Below, in pieces: positions 26,353 to 34,277 of a stretch of DNA of 34,663 bases. Position 1 is the first letter of the stretch, and the number at the start of each line of letters is the position of its first letter. The notes beneath the pieces were generated by a model that was given only the letters and a program-made list of their open reading frames with translations, made no database searches and had not been told where the DNA came from. The DNA comes from a virus (Duplodnaviria > Caudoviricetes): the IMG/VR virus record IMGVR_UViG_3300049982_000048, positions 1-34,663 of that record. One strand, given 5' to 3'. The position numbers and the translations under genes are program-made.

Positions 26353-26837
26353 CAAGACAACTTTTCATCCCGCCGCTCGGCAAGGAGCTGACGCTGGCGG
26401 CCGATTGGCAGTTTAACCTGCACTTCGAGGATCGCAACCGGACCATGCTGGCGGCACTGAAGATCCAGTGGCCGCGAGGCAAGAACGACTCCCAAATTTG
26501 GGAAGGCGAACTGCGCGACAGGCCCGCAAAGGCAACGCTGCCGGCCGGCACACTGCTGACCGTGCGTCGGCTCTACATCCGGTTGGGTCAGAAAGCGTTC
26601 GACAGCGTCACTTTCAGCGCCAAGGTCGGTAAGAAGTCGCACCGCTTTTGGGTCAAATTGGCGGACGCAAACAAGATCGTGTTCGCCGAAGATGAGATTG
26701 AGCACTTGCTGGCGTCGCCGGTGAATGCCGCGCACCTGGAGCGCTCGACTGCTGAGCGTGAAAAGGCGCGCATTGAGCAAAACCAATCCACTGCGCTTTT
26801 GGTGGATAGTATGATATCGGCGGCAGGAGGTAACTGA
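26349..26837 (+). CDS. Hypothetical protein
   Basis: RBS AGGAG; ATGA overlap at 26349. Confidence 0.7.
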   Translation: MTRQLFIPPLGKELTLAADWQFNLHFEDRNRTMLAALKIQWPRGKNDSQIWEGELRDRPAKATLPAGTLLTVRRLYIRLGQKAFDSVTFSAKVGKKSHRFWVKLADANKIVFAEDEIEHLLASPVNAAHLERSTAEREKARIEQNQSTALLVDSMISAAGGN

Positions 26838-27424
26838 TGAGCGGCCTGCCAATTACTTACACTCCAGGATTCCTGGATAAGGCGACCGCCGACCTCATGT
26901 TCAAGGATCTGTGGAACGAGCTTGCGTGGATCCGTCACGACAAGGTGCCGCGTCGCGAGTATTACTGCCACACGCTCGGCCTGCCTTACGGCTACGGCTC
27001 GTCGCAGTTTAGACGTTCCTACTATCCGCAACCCATGCACCCGGCGATCCTGACTATTGGCGCGCTGCTGGAGGCACAGACGGGCGCCAAGTTCGAGGTT
27101 TGCTTCCTCAATGGCTATGAGAACCAGTCCGACCAGCTCGGCTGGCATTCGGACAACTCGCCTGAGATGGACGACGCGCGCCCGATCGCCATTGTCAGTC
27201 TGGGTGTGGAGCGCGAGATTTGGTTCCGCGAGTTGCCAACGCTGGGCGGCGACACCAACCCCTACACGAACAGCGCCAAGCTGAAGCTGGAACACGGCTC
27301 TCTGTGCCTGATGCACCCTGGCATGCAGGACACGCACCAACACCGGATCCCGAAGGCGGGCTTCCAGTGTGGCGAGCGGATCTCTTTAACCTTTCGAGGA
27401 TATGTCGATGCAGTCACGCCGTAA
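26837..27424 (+). CDS. alkB: AlkB-family 2OG-Fe(II) dioxygenase (ALKBH2/3-like)
   Basis: FLNGYE, GWHSD, IAIVSLG, LEHGSL, HRIPK, RISLTFR. Confidence 0.9.
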   Translation: MSGLPITYTPGFLDKATADLMFKDLWNELAWIRHDKVPRREYYCHTLGLPYGYGSSQFRRSYYPQPMHPAILTIGALLEAQTGAKFEVCFLNGYENQSDQLGWHSDNSPEMDDARPIAIVSLGVEREIWFRELPTLGGDTNPYTNSAKLKLEHGSLCLMHPGMQDTHQHRIPKAGFQCGERISLTFRGYVDAVTP

Positions 27425-27614
27425 AAGCCTGGAGGAGACCGTGGTGTCGACGGCGATCGGTTTCGTCTGTTCCACCATCCTTAACCTGACCGTCGTGCCG
27501 GCACTGCTTGGCACGAGAGTCAGTATGGTCCAAAACCTAACCCTGACCGCCGTCTTCACGGTGGCATCAATTGCCCGCGGCTTCTTTGTGCGCCGCATTT
27601 ACAACGGAAAGTAA
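27408..27614 (+). CDS. Small two-helix membrane protein
   Basis: MQSRRKSLEE followed by two hydrophobic helices and RGFFVRR; start could be 27402. Confidence 0.65.
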   Translation: MQSRRKSLEETVVSTAIGFVCSTILNLTVVPALLGTRVSMVQNLTLTAVFTVASIARGFFVRRIYNGK

Positions 27615-27615
27615 C

Positions 27616-27840
27616 ATGATCACCGAACGCCTCACTAAGAACATCGCGCCGCTGCACATGTGCGCCACCGACACGATAACTGTGGACTTCACCGACAAGG
27701 CAGGTCAAACGCACAAGCTCCTAAACCTGCGCCCGATCCAAAAGAACGTGGTGGTGGATAAGATCGTCGTCGTCCACGTCGAGAACGAACACGGATTGAA
27801 GGATGGCTTCGGCATCCTGCTCGGGAAGGCCGCCGAATGA
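27616..27840 (+). CDS. Hypothetical protein
   Basis: ATG 2 nt after the upstream stop; ATGA overlap downstream. Confidence 0.6.
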   Translation: MITERLTKNIAPLHMCATDTITVDFTDKAGQTHKLLNLRPIQKNVVVDKIVVVHVENEHGLKDGFGILLGKAAE

Positions 27841-28031
27841 TTAACTACTTCGTCAGCTACGCCTTTCAGGAAGGCACACGCACCGGCAATGGCAATATCG
27901 ACATTCAGTGTGCGTTGCCAATTACGTGCATCGAGCGGGTCCGCTTCATTGAACAGTCCATCCGTGATGAACACTTCGGCCCAACCGACACGATTGCCGT
28001 GCTGTCCTGGCAGTGTTTTGAACTTGCCTGA
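27837..28031 (+). CDS. Hypothetical protein
   Basis: YFVSY...GNGN pattern common in small phage ORFs. Confidence 0.6.
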   Translation: MINYFVSYAFQEGTRTGNGNIDIQCALPITCIERVRFIEQSIRDEHFGPTDTIAVLSWQCFELA

Positions 28032-28038
28032 CCTACTA

Positions 28039-28078
28039 AGTCACTACTGAGCTATAATGGTGTCAGTCGGTAGTGACT
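28039..28078 (+). promoter_or_regulatory. Promoter with two operators (28039-28052, 28065-28078) flanking TATAAT (28053-28058)
   Basis: AGTCA-CTAC-TGAGC and AGTCG-GTAG-TGACT. Confidence 0.8.
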
Positions 28079-28099
28079 AATTCAACAAAGGGAAAATTT

Positions 28100-28291
28100 A
28101 TGCTCGTTCGATTGATATTTGCATTCTGCGTTATCGCGGCTTCCGCCTCTGCATTTCTGTATCTGGCGTCCTGCACGAATTACTTCAATGTCGAGCGCGT
28201 CAAGCGCCTGGCGCGGAATGCTGGCCTGCTGGCCGCCGGTTGCTTCATCGCCACCCTGGCGTTAATCGTCCTGCTGGCTCTCACTTCTTAA
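28100..28291 (+). CDS. Small two-helix membrane protein
   Basis: RBS AAGGG; two hydrophobic segments. Confidence 0.65.
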   Translation: MLVRLIFAFCVIAASASAFLYLASCTNYFNVERVKRLARNAGLLAAGCFIATLALIVLLALTS

Positions 28292-28313
28292 CCACAACAA
28301 AAGGAAACACCCT

Positions 28314-29105
28314 ATGAAAAAACTGCTTCTCCTTGCCATTACCGCAATGACGCTCCTGACCGGCTGCGGCATGGGCACCGTCGCCGAAGGTAACGCCGCC
28401 ATCGTCTATGGCACGACCGGTAAATTCGCCGGCACCGTCGGTCCAGGCTTCTACTGGAAGCCGTTCCAGCGAGTCGACGAATACATGATGAAGGAGATCA
28501 CCATCCCCTTCGAAAATATGCGTCCGAAGGCGCAGGATGACCTGTCGCTGCAAGACCTCGACGTGGATATCGCCTACCGCGTGACGAGTCAGGAAGCGCT
28601 GGCCCGTCTGGCCCTGAAACGCAGCGGGTCGAGCGCCGGGTTCAAAGGTGATGACTTCTACATGCCCGCCTACAACTACGTCAAGAACGTGACTGACTCG
28701 GAAATCTCGGACGCGACCTCCAAGTTCAACAGCATGCAGATCCATAAGAGCCGTGATGCGCTTGCTGCCGCGATCCACAAGCAATTGCAGGACACGCTCA
28801 ATGTGTCGGATCCAGGCGACATCAAGGTCACTCGTGTCCAGGTGCGCCGCGCTCTGCCTGACGCGTCGATCGAAGAGGGCATTCGCCGCGTGATTAACAA
28901 AGGCAAGGAAAAGGAAGCGGCTGATCTGGAGAAAGGTATCGCCCAAGCCCTGGCTGATGCGAATGCGAAGAAGACGGTCGGCTTGTCGGAGCAGGTGCTG
29001 CAGGAGAAGTATCTCGACGCCTTGAAGACATGCGCCGCTAACCAGCATTGCACCATGATCATCGACGGCAGCACGTCGTCCAAGATGCTCAACATCGGCA
29101 AGTAA
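28314..29105 (+). CDS. SPFH/Band 7 (prohibitin-like) lipoprotein
   Basis: Lipobox LLTGC; VGPGFYWKPF, LDVDIAYRV, IKVTRVQVRRA. Confidence 0.88.
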   Translation: MKKLLLLAITAMTLLTGCGMGTVAEGNAAIVYGTTGKFAGTVGPGFYWKPFQRVDEYMMKEITIPFENMRPKAQDDLSLQDLDVDIAYRVTSQEALARLALKRSGSSAGFKGDDFYMPAYNYVKNVTDSEISDATSKFNSMQIHKSRDALAAAIHKQLQDTLNVSDPGDIKVTRVQVRRALPDASIEEGIRRVINKGKEKEAADLEKGIAQALADANAKKTVGLSEQVLQEKYLDALKTCAANQHCTMIIDGSTSSKMLNIGK

Positions 29106-29116
29106 AGCCTTCATCA

Positions 29117-29142
29117 AAGAGTGCCGCTACGGCGGCATTCTT
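29117..29142. terminator. Stable hairpin, probable terminator
   Basis: AAGAGTGCCGC-TACG-GCGGCATTCTT with a C(UACG)G tetraloop. Confidence 0.65.
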
Positions 29143-29189
29143 GAGTGAGTGTTTTGCAACTGGCATGTGCCACATATTAGGAGAAAGTA

Positions 29190-29696
29190 ATGTCGAAAGA
29201 AGTCAAGCTTGGCCACAAAGTCCGCGACCTCATCACCGGCTACGAGGGCATCGCCTACCAAGAACTGCTGCTCATGTCGGGCACCGTCCAATTTGCAGTC
29301 CAGCCGCCAATGACCGACGACAAGAAGGGCGAAATGCCATCTGGCATGAACCTGGACGTTCACACGCTCGAATACGTGGATGACGGCATCTTCGGTCGCG
29401 TCATTCCGCCACCGGCCGATGCGCTGGTTGCCGTCAAGCTTGGCGAGGAAGTCGTCGACGAAGTCACCGGCTTGAAAGGCATGGTCATGTCGCGCACCAC
29501 CTTCGCCAACGGCTGCGTCTACTTCACGGTGCAGCCGCCGATGGTCAAGGGCGAGGTGCCAGAGATTGCATTCCTCGACTGGAAGCGCTTGAAGCGCGTC
29601 GGCAAGGGCATCTCTGCCAAGGTCAGCAACGTAGCGCCGAAAGAGCCTACCAAATCCCCCGGCGGCCCGCGTTCTGTCGCAATGCGCGCCTGCTGA
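29190..29696 (+). CDS. Hypothetical protein made of two tandem ~70-aa domains
   Basis: VKLGxxVxDxxTGxxG...GxVxFxVQPPM occurs twice. Confidence 0.8.
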   Translation: MSKEVKLGHKVRDLITGYEGIAYQELLLMSGTVQFAVQPPMTDDKKGEMPSGMNLDVHTLEYVDDGIFGRVIPPPADALVAVKLGEEVVDEVTGLKGMVMSRTTFANGCVYFTVQPPMVKGEVPEIAFLDWKRLKRVGKGISAKVSNVAPKEPTKSPGGPRSVAMRAC

Positions 29697-29726
29697 ATCC
29701 ATTAACCACTCACTTAGGAGAAAACC

Positions 29727-30035
29727 ATGACAAAAGTCACCATGTATCAAGCCACCGATGGCTCCCTGCACAAGACCCTGAAGGACAAGGAAGCCCACAA
29801 CATCAAGCTGCGCCTGAAGCCGGCCGCCGAAGAGTTCGTCAGCGCGTTGACGTTGGACCACTTCCGACGCGACGACAATGGCAATCACGTGGTCTATGCC
29901 GACAACCTTAGCGACTTCATCGTCAACAACGCCGACGCCCTGCGCAAGATCCTCAACGACGTCCTGGTCGTGCGCCGCTCGCGCAAGGCAAAGAAACCGG
30001 CAACGTCGCAGGCTGCACCCGCAAGCCTGAGCTAA
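29727..30035 (+). CDS. Hypothetical protein
   Basis: RBS AGGAG; YQATDGSLH motif. Confidence 0.75.
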   Translation: MTKVTMYQATDGSLHKTLKDKEAHNIKLRLKPAAEEFVSALTLDHFRRDDNGNHVVYADNLSDFIVNNADALRKILNDVLVVRRSRKAKKPATSQAAPASLS

Positions 30036-30045
30036 GTCTTTACCA

Positions 30046-30075
30046 TGTGTATTAGTCAGAGATGACTGATACACA
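30046..30075. promoter_or_regulatory. 30-bp near-perfect palindrome centred on operator AGTCA-GAGA-TGACT
   Basis: TGTGTATTAGTCA-GAGA-TGACTGATACACA, 12/13 complementary. Confidence 0.75.
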
Positions 30076-30108
30076 GAGTAAGGATTTAAATACCCATAGG
30101 AGAACGAT

Positions 30109-30525
30109 ATGCCAGAAGAGAAATACAGCTTGCTGCGCGACGCCTACGCCGTGATCGACGGTATTCCGGAAGCGCAATTCAACTTGGAATCCATCATCCG
30201 TAGACGCAGCGGGATCAACGAGTGCCGCACCATCGCCTGCGCGGCCGGCTGGCTCAGTATCCACCCGACCTTCGGGCCGCTGCTGAAGGCGGAAGTTGAT
30301 GGCAGCTTGGTCAACTGGCGCACCGAGCGCGGCCCCACCGGGCATTTCGTGACAGCGCTGTCAGAGCCACTCGGACTCACGCCGGACGAGACGCGGAGAT
30401 TGTTCGGCATGCGCGAATACTATGAACCAGTGGAAGAGGGGCGCGTTCCCGGCGCCTACCTGAGCGACAAGGAGTTGTGGAAGGCGCGCGTGCGTAATTT
30501 TCTTGCAGAGAAAGGCGCATTGTGA
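30109..30525 (+). CDS. Hypothetical phage protein
   Basis: RBS AGGAG; CRTIACAAGW motif. Confidence 0.75.
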   Translation: MPEEKYSLLRDAYAVIDGIPEAQFNLESIIRRRSGINECRTIACAAGWLSIHPTFGPLLKAEVDGSLVNWRTERGPTGHFVTALSEPLGLTPDETRRLFGMREYYEPVEEGRVPGAYLSDKELWKARVRNFLAEKGAL

Positions 30526-31121
30526 GCCGCCTTTATTCGAAGCTGCTCGACCGCATCGACGTGCGGAAGATGGCGCAACACTCAGTCCTGAACCACCACG
30601 CCAATGGCATGCACTACCTGTGCCTGCACAGGTCGGATGACCTGACCGTGAAGATTTACTTCATGGAAGAGACCGCCAACCCGAACAGCGACTTCCTGGT
30701 GCATCCCCACTCGCACCGCTACGCCTTCGAAACCACCGTGCTGGTTGGTGTGGTGGAGCATGTCCTGTTCGATCCCGCATGGGGTAAAGCGTGGCAGGAA
30801 TTCGAATATCGCATGGAGCATAAGACGCTGAATAAGGTCCGCGATCTCGGGCTGACCGCGGCGCGCCGCGCGATCTACGACGAAGGCGACACCTACTTCG
30901 TTAAGCCGGACGAAGTCCACACGCTGCGCATGCTGAACCTGCCAGAGCCGGTGGTGCTCGGCTTGACGCAATACCAGGACGAGCGGGCGTTTTCGGAACT
31001 GTATCTGCCGGCCGGCTGCGACGAACCCGTATTTCCGGACTCGCGCCAACCGACGCCGGATGAACTGGATGCCTTGTGCCAAAAGGTGCGGGCGCTTTTT
31101 ACTAAGAGAGGAATCGTGTAA
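30522..31121 (+). CDS. Cupin-fold protein (cysteine dioxygenase-like His triad)
   Basis: HPHSHRYAFETTVLVG...YFVKPDEVHTL. Confidence 0.65.
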   Translation: MSRLYSKLLDRIDVRKMAQHSVLNHHANGMHYLCLHRSDDLTVKIYFMEETANPNSDFLVHPHSHRYAFETTVLVGVVEHVLFDPAWGKAWQEFEYRMEHKTLNKVRDLGLTAARRAIYDEGDTYFVKPDEVHTLRMLNLPEPVVLGLTQYQDERAFSELYLPAGCDEPVFPDSRQPTPDELDALCQKVRALFTKRGIV

Positions 31122-31155
31122 TGGCACTGATGACGAGGCTGGATAGGAGCGCGAT

Positions 31156-31707
31156 ATGAAAGTTATGGGGTTCGATAGCGAGACCACTGGATTGAAGGCT
31201 GACGCCGGCGACAAGCTGATTGAGGTCGCCTTGCTAACTTACGACTTTGCCACGCGCAAGCTGGTGGACAAGTATGTGCAGCGGCTTGACCCGGAGCGCA
31301 GCATTACCGCCGGCGCACAGGAAGTGCATGGCATCACTTACGACGAGCTGGTCGGCATGCCGAAGTTTCGCGACGTGGCGCCCGAGATCCACAAGCGCTT
31401 CGAGGCGGCAGACTTGGTCATCGCGCACAACCTGGATTTCGACGCCATGTTCTTTCTGATCGAGTTCCAGGCGGCCGGTTTCAAACTGCCGAGCAAGGCG
31501 AGTCTGGACACCATGACCGAGGCGCGGTGGGCTTGTCCTGATGGGAAGTTCCCGAAGCTGCAAGAACTGTGCTTCGCGCTCGGCGTCAAGTATGACCCTT
31601 CATTAGCGCACGCCGCAGATTACGACGTTGACGTGATGATGCAGTGCTTTTGGCGCGGTCTTGATCGCGGTTTCTACACTCCGGAAATGGAAGAGGCGAC
31701 CGTATGA
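31156..31707 (+). CDS. dnaQ: DEDDh 3'-5' exonuclease (Pol III epsilon-like)
   Basis: ExoI DSETTG, VHGI, ExoII AHNLDFD, ExoIII HAADYD. Confidence 0.88.
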   Translation: MKVMGFDSETTGLKADAGDKLIEVALLTYDFATRKLVDKYVQRLDPERSITAGAQEVHGITYDELVGMPKFRDVAPEIHKRFEAADLVIAHNLDFDAMFFLIEFQAAGFKLPSKASLDTMTEARWACPDGKFPKLQELCFALGVKYDPSLAHAADYDVDVMMQCFWRGLDRGFYTPEMEEATV

Positions 31708-31934
31708 AGCCGGCCGAGCGCACCCTCAATTACGCGGTCTACCCGCCGAATTACAAGCCAGGCGACGGCTTTACCAAGTGCCGCACTCTGAAGAAGGCGC
31801 GCAGACAAGCATGCCGCTACGGCGTCGGTGCCGAGATCTATCGCTGGATTCACATCCGGCACCGCCCAAGCACGCGCCCCTTCTGCGCAGGCGGATCCAC
31901 TTGTTATCACCACTCAACCTTGGAGGCAGTATGA
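31704..31934 (+). CDS. Hypothetical protein
   Basis: ATGA overlaps at both ends. Confidence 0.55.
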   Translation: MKPAERTLNYAVYPPNYKPGDGFTKCRTLKKARRQACRYGVGAEIYRWIHIRHRPSTRPFCAGGSTCYHHSTLEAV

Positions 31935-32341
31935 GTATTGCAAAATTCGGCATCATGCCGCGCATGTTGCGACAACAACGGGCGTTTGAGTGGTGCCGTA
32001 GGGCGTTCGGCGTAAGTGTCGCGGAGAACCGGCCAGAACGCGCGGCACGTTTTCTGGAAGAGGCGATCGAGCTGGCCCAAGTGGTCGGCTTGCCAGAGGA
32101 AGCGGCTGCGAGGCTGGTAAGGCATATCTACTCGCGGCCCGTTGGCGAGATCCGACAAGAAGTCGGTGGCGTTTCAGTCACGCTGCTGATCCTGTGCGAA
32201 CAGTTGGGCATCAATGCCGATTGGGAAGAGGCTAAGGAACTGGCCCGCGTGGTCGCCAAGACCGCACAGGATCCGGAACACTTCGCGCACCGGCTGGATG
32301 CAAAGGCGGCTGCCGGTGTTGGCATCCCGAGCGCCCTATGA
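31931..32341 (+). CDS. MazG-like pyrophosphohydrolase
   Basis: ERAARFLEEAIEL...YSRPVGEIRQEVGGV; RBS GGAGG; ATGA overlap. Confidence 0.7.
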   Translation: MSIAKFGIMPRMLRQQRAFEWCRRAFGVSVAENRPERAARFLEEAIELAQVVGLPEEAAARLVRHIYSRPVGEIRQEVGGVSVTLLILCEQLGINADWEEAKELARVVAKTAQDPEHFAHRLDAKAAAGVGIPSAL

Positions 32342-32680
32342 GCGCCATCCCATCGATCACGGCAGTCGTGCAAGGCTTGCCGCTCGACCAGAGGAAGCAA
32401 TTGCAGATTCTTGCGCACCTGAAGAAAGAGATCACCGCCGGCAGGATGACGATGACCGGCGCGGCCTACAACGGCGGCGAAGTCAACATCCACGCCCGCG
32501 CCGGAGAACCGCCCAATCGCACCGTGCGCAAGCGGTGCGCCTGGCAGAAGGCAGGACTCAACCATCCCGCAGAGGTTCACCGCCGAAGCAAAGAAAGTGT
32601 ATGAGGAAACCACGCAGCGCTACATGGCAATGTATTCGGCAGAGGACCGCGGCTGGTTCGCGGCGAAGGCGAAGGAATAA
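32338..32680 (+). pseudogene. Hypothetical protein with a probable 1-nt frameshift near 32575 (the unshifted ORF ends at 32604)
   Basis: The +1 frame continues FTAEAKKVYEETTQRYMAMYSAEDRGWFAAKAKE* with typical codon usage. Confidence 0.45.
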
Positions 32681-32777
32681 CTTCGGCAACGATGTAGGCA
32701 TGGTGCGAATGCCACGCTATTGCCTGCGCTGACTTGCGATGATGTGTTTGTCGAAACTAACAAAGGGAGAGTAACAA

Positions 32778-32987
32778 ATGAGAACCATAACTCCAAGAGA
32801 ACTGATTGGACTGTCCACAACCGCGGTCTCCAACTATTTCGGCCGCCAATGGCTGCTGTTTTTGGCCCGCAACGCCGACATCAACGCCGCGGTCGAGAAC
32901 CAGAAGGCTAGACAGGCAATGGCAGATGCTTCGACGTTCCAGAAGCGCGCCGCCCTGTGTCGTTCTAAGGCGCTGCAATACAAATGA
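32778..32987 (+). CDS. Hypothetical protein
   Basis: RBS AGGGAG. Confidence 0.65.
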   Translation: MRTITPRELIGLSTTAVSNYFGRQWLLFLARNADINAAVENQKARQAMADASTFQKRAALCRSKALQYK

Positions 32988-33337
32988 GCCACGCAATGAT
33001 CCCTAAGCAGGCGGTCATTGCCGCCTGTGAGGCTTACCTGGCAGCCAGGAAGAAACGGATAGAAGCCAGACGCGAGAAGCTGATCGAGCAGAAGATGACC
33101 GGCTTCGCTGCCTACAAGAGCCGCGAGGCAGCGATCGCCAGCCTGAACCGCGATGGCCATTTCAGCGAATGGCACATGGCGCACATGTTCGGCGCGATAC
33201 CGGCGCAGGGCGTCGAGAACCTGCTGAAGCTGGCGCATATGGCGCCGGACACGGTAATGGTGGATGACGAGGGCGCCAGGCTGATTGACCCCTACTTTGA
33301 AAAGGAGGCATCCGATGCCGAGAAAGCAAACAATTAA
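32984..33337 (+). CDS. Hypothetical protein
   Basis: ATGA overlap; typical codon usage. Confidence 0.7.
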   Translation: MSHAMIPKQAVIAACEAYLAARKKRIEARREKLIEQKMTGFAAYKSREAAIASLNRDGHFSEWHMAHMFGAIPAQGVENLLKLAHMAPDTVMVDDEGARLIDPYFEKEASDAEKANN

Positions 33338-33686
33338 ACCGTCTGCCATTCTGCTGCGCGCGGCCGAGATGGTCGATGACTATAACCACGCGCGTCCAGG
33401 CTACGACTGGCTGTGGGAATATGGCTGTCATGCCATCGACAAAGCAGCCATCGAGATGGGCGCGCTGGAGGAGGATCTTAACACTGGCGTGCGCGACCAG
33501 GACAGCGGGCTGCCGGAAGCCCTGCCGGAAGTCTGGAAGTATTTCAGCCTCATGGCGCAGTTTCCAGGAGAAAGTGGCAGTTGGTTCGAAGGGCTTTATT
33601 CGGATCGTGTTGGCTATAGCGGCCCAAATCACCGCGTCGTGGCGCTGACAATGGCGGCAGCAATCGCAGAAGCGGAGGGCCAATGA
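33315..33686 (+). CDS. Hypothetical protein
   Basis: RBS AGGAGG before ATG at 33315; C-terminal RVVALTMAAAIAEAEG. Confidence 0.7.
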   Translation: MPRKQTIKPSAILLRAAEMVDDYNHARPGYDWLWEYGCHAIDKAAIEMGALEEDLNTGVRDQDSGLPEALPEVWKYFSLMAQFPGESGSWFEGLYSDRVGYSGPNHRVVALTMAAAIAEAEGQ

Positions 33687-34054
33687 AATTCAACCTGAAC
33701 GCCAAGATCCGCGTCACCCTGACGAAAGAAGGCGCGCGAATCTACAACAAGCACTGGATCACGGCGCCGAACAAATACCGCCCGCTGGAAGTGGCTGTCG
33801 GCGACGATGTCGAGCTGGAGCTGTGGCGAATGGCGCAGATTTTCGGGCAGGACTTCTACAACGGCGCGGCCGAAGTGCCATTCGTCGACAACCGGATCGA
33901 GATCGTCACCGGCGTCGAGATGGTTGGCTGGCTGATCACGACGCCAGAAATGAAAAACGCCTGGTTGGAAACTAACGCGGCACGCAAGGCGCACTTCGAG
34001 CTGCCTGGCCAGGGCCACACCATTGAATCATTGTATAAGGAGAAATCACTATGA
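33683..34054 (+). CDS. Hypothetical phage protein
   Basis: FNLNAKIRVTLTKEG...LWRMAQIFG motif; RBS GGAGG. Confidence 0.75.
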   Translation: MKFNLNAKIRVTLTKEGARIYNKHWITAPNKYRPLEVAVGDDVELELWRMAQIFGQDFYNGAAEVPFVDNRIEIVTGVEMVGWLITTPEMKNAWLETNAARKAHFELPGQGHTIESLYKEKSL

Positions 34055-34188
34055 AAAAGGCAACAGGCTTTACCATTATTGAAGTGATGATCGTGATAGC
34101 GATCGCCATCATCCTGGCCGCGCTCGTTTTCGGCGACAGCAAGCGTCAGCCAGAGCAGACGAAGCCAGTCGTTACCAACTCCCGTTAG
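34051..34188 (+). CDS. 45-aa type IV prepilin-like miniprotein
   Basis: MKKATG|FTIIEVMIVIAIAIILAALVFG...: class III signal peptide with G-1, F+1, E+5; RBS TAAGGAG; ATGA overlap. Confidence 0.85.
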   Translation: MKKATGFTIIEVMIVIAIAIILAALVFGDSKRQPEQTKPVVTNSR

Positions 34189-34277
34189 GCGTGGCAAGCG
34201 GTTGCAGGCTGCACCATCTCCTGTGACCGAAATGCATAATAGAGTCTGACAGCAACAACGCAACAAAGGAGCAACAC

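Noticed and set aside
4597-30067. Repeated AGTCA...TGACT motif as a CRISPR array, iteron set or REP element
   Set aside because: Copies are short, dispersed by kilobases and tied to -10 boxes; there is no repeat-spacer periodicity and no cas gene.
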